Assembly (NCBI GenBank): GCA_051362555.1
Contig: CM120642.1
Span: 4,588,001-4,652,000 of the forward strand
Direction: 5' to 3'
Origin: Lingula anatina
Taxonomy: Eukaryota; Animalia; Brachiopoda
Length of the DNA stretch: 64,000 nt
The notes under the pieces are model-generated. The model did no database searches. It had not been told where the DNA came from and saw nothing but the letters and a program-made list of their open reading frames with translations. Position 1 is the stretch's first letter. Every line of letters begins with the position of its first letter. Below, piece after piece: positions 63,101-64,000 of this stretch. Both the position numbers and the translations under genes were made by a program.

Positions 63101-63941
63101 GTGTAAGTGAAATATCTTTTCTAAACATTTTATAAATTCCAAGTATCATTTGCGAAAATGTGGTATAGCCTCTACAGGAATATACCCAAATTGTCTTATT
63201 TTGTTGCCATGTGTGTGCCAATGAATTTTAGAACATGTTTTCATCTAAAAGAAACATGATTTGTAGATAAAACGTGTCAATCATATCTCTGGAAGATATA
63301 TAATTTATGCCTTTGAAAGTTCATTAAAATCTTGGACCAAAAATATTTTGCCTGTATTGAAGATTCGGTTAGAACAATAGTGCTTTGTTGTTGACACAAA
63401 TACAAGTTCAGAGAGTTTTACAACAAAATTATTGTACGTACTGGTGTATATAAAACATATAAAATACAATTTGAAGATAAAATTTTAATTAAGGTTGTTG
63501 TTGGCTGACCATCCAATTTAACATTTTAATCTTTTGTTACTGTTTTCCATAAAATGCTTCAGCATGGCTTCCAATTGCCCATTAATTATAACTTTGTCTT
63601 AACTGTCAAGAGCCTTTACTGTTTGGATTTCAAGAATAATAACATCTCCATTTTAGCCTGACATGGAGTTTATATCTGATGCCCCTGAATAGAGAGAGTT
63701 CAGATGCCCAAGCAACAAATCACACCAAAACCTGTCACATGTCAACATATGCCCTCATTTGGTCATTGCTATATGTTGTTTTATATATTGTACATTTATT
63801 TCATATATCACATTAATTTAGATATCAATGAGTGCCGAGACACGCAGAACCCATGTGACCAAACATGCCTCAATCTGATTGGTAGCTTTAGATGTCGTTG
63901 TAAACATGGTTACAGACTTGTTGGACGAACCAAATGTATTG
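7893..63941 (+). CDS. HMCN1: Hemicentin-1-like gene, spliced CDS span (62 exons in window, 3' end outside window)
   Basis: Joined exons give signal peptide, VWA ([44 protein letters not shown]), 28 Ig, 6 TSP1, G2F, cbEGF. This is the HMCN1 domain order. All junctions are GT-AG with matching phases; exon lengths sum to 11,200 nt. Confidence 0.95.
11742..11896. repeat. Two-copy tandem duplication of about 80 bp
   Basis: GGGGTTACATTCTCxGTGATxATTTGACATGTxAGxCxTGGAGAGT occurs twice about 80 bp apart. Confidence 0.8.
12587..12880. mobile_element. Palindromic MITE, copy 1
   Basis: Long imperfect inverted arms (CTCCATGG..AATGTCTGTCACGC..AGGGGGTAATTA / TAATTACCCCCT..GCGTGACAGACATT..CCATGGAG); termini AGACTGGGTTCCCA / TGGGAATGGTCT. 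Confidence 0.75.
12884..13085. mobile_element. Palindromic MITE, copy 2 (same family, left arm partly deleted)
   Basis: Shares TAATTACCCCCTTACAGCT..GTAGGCG..GACATTTAAGC..GAGATAGATC..CTCTGGGAAT with copy 1; termini ATTTCCAGAG / CTCTGGGAAT. Confidence 0.7.
13230..13394. mobile_element. 165-bp MITE with 13-bp TIR and 5-bp target-site duplication
   Basis: CAGGCCCGTAGCC (13230-13242) and GGCTACGGGCCTG (13382-13394), flanked by CCTAG at 13225-13229 and 13395-13399. Confidence 0.85.
15743..15789. repeat. (CA)n microsatellite
   Basis: Read directly. Confidence 0.9.
17946..18175 (+). CDS. HMCN1: Exon 2: VWA
   Basis: TAG|AT; [29 protein letters not shown]; CAG|GTAAG. Confidence 0.93.
24038..24160 (+). 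CDS. HMCN1: Exon 3: VWA
   Basis: [23 protein letters not shown]; CAG|GTAAGT. Confidence 0.93.
28854..29025 (+). CDS. HMCN1: Exon 4: hemicentin motif
   Basis: [27 protein letters not shown]; G|GTAAG. Confidence 0.92.
29279..29503 (+). CDS. HMCN1: Exon 5: hemicentin motif
   Basis: [27 protein letters not shown]. Confidence 0.92.
29826..30010 (+). CDS. HMCN1: Exon 6
   Basis: [23 protein letters not shown]; CGG|GTAAGG. Confidence 0.92.
30397..30614 (+). CDS. HMCN1: Exon 7: linker and first half of Ig1
   Basis: [32 protein letters not shown]. Confidence 0.9.
31010..31131 (+). CDS. HMCN1: Exon 8: Ig1 second half
   Basis: [18 protein letters not shown]. Confidence 0.9.
31462..31648 (+). CDS. 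HMCN1: Exon 9: Ig2 first half
   Basis: [22 protein letters not shown]. Confidence 0.9.
32483..32574 (+). CDS. HMCN1: Exon 10: Ig2 second half
   Basis: [23 protein letters not shown]. Confidence 0.9.
32828..33097 (+). CDS. HMCN1: Exon 11: Ig3
   Basis: [26 protein letters not shown]. Confidence 0.92.
33324..33448 (+). CDS. HMCN1: Exon 12: Ig4 first half
   Basis: [28 protein letters not shown]. Confidence 0.9.
33831..33975 (+). CDS. HMCN1: Exon 13: Ig4 second half
   Basis: [25 protein letters not shown]; T|GTAAGT. Confidence 0.9.
33981..34043 (+). repeat. 21-bp x3 tandem repeat derived from the exon 13 end and donor
   Basis: TAGGTCACACTGGGATGCTAA / TAGGTCACACTGGGATGTTAG / TAGGTCTCACTGGGATGTACA. 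Confidence 0.85.
34237..34419 (+). CDS. HMCN1: Exon 14: Ig5 first half
   Basis: [34 protein letters not shown]. Confidence 0.9.
34680..34775 (+). CDS. HMCN1: Exon 15: Ig5 second half
   Basis: [24 protein letters not shown]. Confidence 0.9.
34931..35008. repeat. (TA)39 microsatellite
   Basis: Read directly; ends 26 nt before exon 16. Confidence 0.95.
35035..35307 (+). CDS. HMCN1: Exon 16: Ig6
   Basis: [36 protein letters not shown]. Confidence 0.92.
35576..35851 (+). CDS. HMCN1: Exon 17: Ig7
   Basis: [29 protein letters not shown]. Confidence 0.92.
36041..38718 (+). mobile_element. Helentron-associated non-autonomous element (HINE/DINE-1-like) with a duplicated 5' segment of about 1.04 kb
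   Basis: T-run start; 14-bp perfect hairpin TATGTACAGACACA-GA-TGTGTCTGTACATA (36045-36074); (GCCGAT)n microsatellite; internal repeats; 3' subterminal TGTCTGTACAT (38686-38696), then short hairpin GACAGC-TTT-GCTGCC and TT; 36045-37083 is repeated at 37095-38117. Confidence 0.75.
38864..38985 (+). CDS. HMCN1: Exon 18: Ig8 first half
   Basis: [24 protein letters not shown]. Confidence 0.9.
39301..39448 (+). CDS. HMCN1: Exon 19: Ig8 second half
   Basis: [28 protein letters not shown]. Confidence 0.9.
39765..40046 (+). CDS. HMCN1: Exon 20: Ig9
   Basis: [25 protein letters not shown]. Confidence 0.92.
40289..40564 (+). CDS. HMCN1: Exon 21: Ig10
   Basis: [33 protein letters not shown]. Confidence 0.92.
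40819..41118 (+). CDS. HMCN1: Exon 22: Ig11
   Basis: [31 protein letters not shown]. Confidence 0.92.
41481..41629 (+). CDS. HMCN1: Exon 23: Ig12 first half
   Basis: [25 protein letters not shown]. Confidence 0.9.
41922..42057 (+). CDS. HMCN1: Exon 24: Ig12 second half
   Basis: [27 protein letters not shown]. Confidence 0.9.
42408..42689 (+). CDS. HMCN1: Exon 25: Ig13
   Basis: [33 protein letters not shown]. Confidence 0.92.
42998..43282 (+). CDS. HMCN1: Exon 26: Ig14
   Basis: [33 protein letters not shown]. Confidence 0.92.
43513..43673 (+). CDS. HMCN1: Exon 27: Ig15 first half
   Basis: [22 protein letters not shown]. Confidence 0.9.
43972..44095 (+). CDS. HMCN1: Exon 28: Ig15 second half
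   Basis: [27 protein letters not shown]. Confidence 0.9.
44495..44779 (+). CDS. HMCN1: Exon 29: Ig16
   Basis: [29 protein letters not shown]. Confidence 0.92.
45022..45303 (+). CDS. HMCN1: Exon 30: Ig17
   Basis: [28 protein letters not shown]. Confidence 0.92.
45523..45801 (+). CDS. HMCN1: Exon 31: Ig18
   Basis: [29 protein letters not shown]. Confidence 0.92.
46093..46377 (+). CDS. HMCN1: Exon 32: Ig19
   Basis: [28 protein letters not shown]. Confidence 0.92.
46736..46898 (+). CDS. HMCN1: Exon 33: Ig20 first half
   Basis: [19 protein letters not shown]. Confidence 0.9.
47290..47414 (+). CDS. HMCN1: Exon 34: Ig20 second half
   Basis: [27 protein letters not shown]. Confidence 0.9.
47755..48039 (+). 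CDS. HMCN1: Exon 35: Ig21
   Basis: [25 protein letters not shown]. Confidence 0.92.
48222..48319 (+). CDS. HMCN1: Exon 36: Ig22 first part
   Basis: [19 protein letters not shown]; GAG|GTGAGT. Confidence 0.9.
48629..48812 (+). CDS. HMCN1: Exon 37: Ig22 second part
   Basis: [21 protein letters not shown]. Confidence 0.9.
48855..48893. repeat. (ATT)n microsatellite
   Basis: Read directly. Confidence 0.9.
49023..49163 (+). CDS. HMCN1: Exon 38: Ig23 first half
   Basis: [18 protein letters not shown]. Confidence 0.9.
49474..49605 (+). CDS. HMCN1: Exon 39: Ig23 second half
   Basis: [26 protein letters not shown]. Confidence 0.9.
49964..50153 (+). CDS. HMCN1: Exon 40: Ig24 first part
   Basis: [26 protein letters not shown]. 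Confidence 0.9.
50377..50459 (+). CDS. HMCN1: Exon 41: Ig24 second part
   Basis: [27 protein letters not shown]. Confidence 0.9.
50701..50891 (+). CDS. HMCN1: Exon 42: Ig25 first part
   Basis: [28 protein letters not shown]. Confidence 0.9.
51339..51420 (+). CDS. HMCN1: Exon 43: Ig25 second part
   Basis: [27 protein letters not shown]. Confidence 0.9.
51886..52017 (+). CDS. HMCN1: Exon 44: Ig26 first half
   Basis: [28 protein letters not shown]. Confidence 0.9.
52301..52432 (+). CDS. HMCN1: Exon 45: Ig26 second half
   Basis: [24 protein letters not shown]. Confidence 0.9.
52799..52986 (+). CDS. HMCN1: Exon 46: Ig27 first part
   Basis: [29 protein letters not shown]. Confidence 0.9.
53215..53296 (+). 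CDS. HMCN1: Exon 47: Ig27 second part
   Basis: [20 protein letters not shown]. Confidence 0.9.
53330..53380. repeat. Compound (CTT)n(ATT)n microsatellite
   Basis: Read directly. Confidence 0.9.
53548..53728 (+). CDS. HMCN1: Exon 48: Ig28 first part
   Basis: [23 protein letters not shown]. Confidence 0.9.
53866..53963 (+). CDS. HMCN1: Exon 49: Ig28 second part
   Basis: [21 protein letters not shown]. Confidence 0.9.
54144..54185. repeat. (CA)n microsatellite
   Basis: Read directly. Confidence 0.9.
54236..54406 (+). CDS. HMCN1: Exon 50: TSP1 repeat 1
   Basis: [35 protein letters not shown]; 171 nt, phase 1-1. Confidence 0.93.
54615..54785 (+). CDS. HMCN1: Exon 51: TSP1 repeat 2
   Basis: [30 protein letters not shown]; 171 nt. 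Confidence 0.93.
55120..55290 (+). CDS. HMCN1: Exon 52: TSP1 repeat 3
   Basis: [20 protein letters not shown]; 171 nt; AAG acceptor. Confidence 0.92.
55578..55748 (+). CDS. HMCN1: Exon 53: TSP1 repeat 4
   Basis: [20 protein letters not shown]; 171 nt. Confidence 0.93.
55963..56133 (+). CDS. HMCN1: Exon 54: TSP1 repeat 5
   Basis: [20 protein letters not shown]; 171 nt. Confidence 0.93.
56558..56722 (+). CDS. HMCN1: Exon 55: TSP1 repeat 6
   Basis: [20 protein letters not shown]; 165 nt. Confidence 0.93.
56987..57133 (+). CDS. HMCN1: Exon 56: G2F domain part 1
   Basis: [35 protein letters not shown]. Confidence 0.92.
57430..57567 (+). CDS. HMCN1: Exon 57: G2F domain part 2
   Basis: [32 protein letters not shown]. 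Confidence 0.92.
57846..58205 (+). CDS. HMCN1: Exon 58: G2F domain part 3
   Basis: [43 protein letters not shown]. Confidence 0.93.
58672..58734 (+). CDS. HMCN1: Exon 59: half-EGF linker
   Basis: [20 protein letters not shown]; 63 nt, phase 1-1. Confidence 0.9.
59863..59982 (+). CDS. HMCN1: Exon 60: calcium-binding EGF
   Basis: [40 protein letters not shown]. Confidence 0.92.
60524..60549. repeat. (AAT)n microsatellite
   Basis: Read directly. Confidence 0.85.
62378..62512 (+). CDS. HMCN1: Exon 61: calcium-binding EGF
   Basis: [45 protein letters not shown]. Confidence 0.92.
63822..63941 (+). CDS. HMCN1: Exon 62: calcium-binding EGF
   Basis: [40 protein letters not shown]; G|GTAAG. Confidence 0.92.
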
Positions 63942-64000
63942 GTAAGAAATTTATTTTATTCTTGTACCATTGGAAAATGATTTAAGATATTTATAAATTA

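Overview
AT-rich, CpG-depleted, intron-rich animal DNA, probably a marine invertebrate such as a mollusc (inferred from repeat types, not proven). One large + strand gene dominates the window: a hemicentin-1 (HMCN1/fibulin-6)-type extracellular matrix gene. I traced 62 GT-AG coding exons by hand from ATG 7893 to 63941. They total 11,200 nt (about 3,733 codons) with consistent splice phases, and the gene continues past the right edge. Domain order: signal peptide, VWA (MIDAS DITGS), hemicentin motif, 28 Ig domains, 6 TSP1 repeats, G2F domain, at least 3 calcium-binding EGF repeats. Introns carry a Helentron-associated (HINE-like) element with a duplicated 5' half, three MITEs inserted in a degenerate minisatellite, microsatellites and many G/C homopolymers. 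There are no prokaryotic features, CRISPR arrays or recognisable tRNA/rRNA genes. I found no clearly new biological system. The best leads are the short Ig rod, the transposon architecture, and candidate splicing elements: a recursive splice site, duplicated decoy donors, and an RBFOX-motif-rich structured intron.
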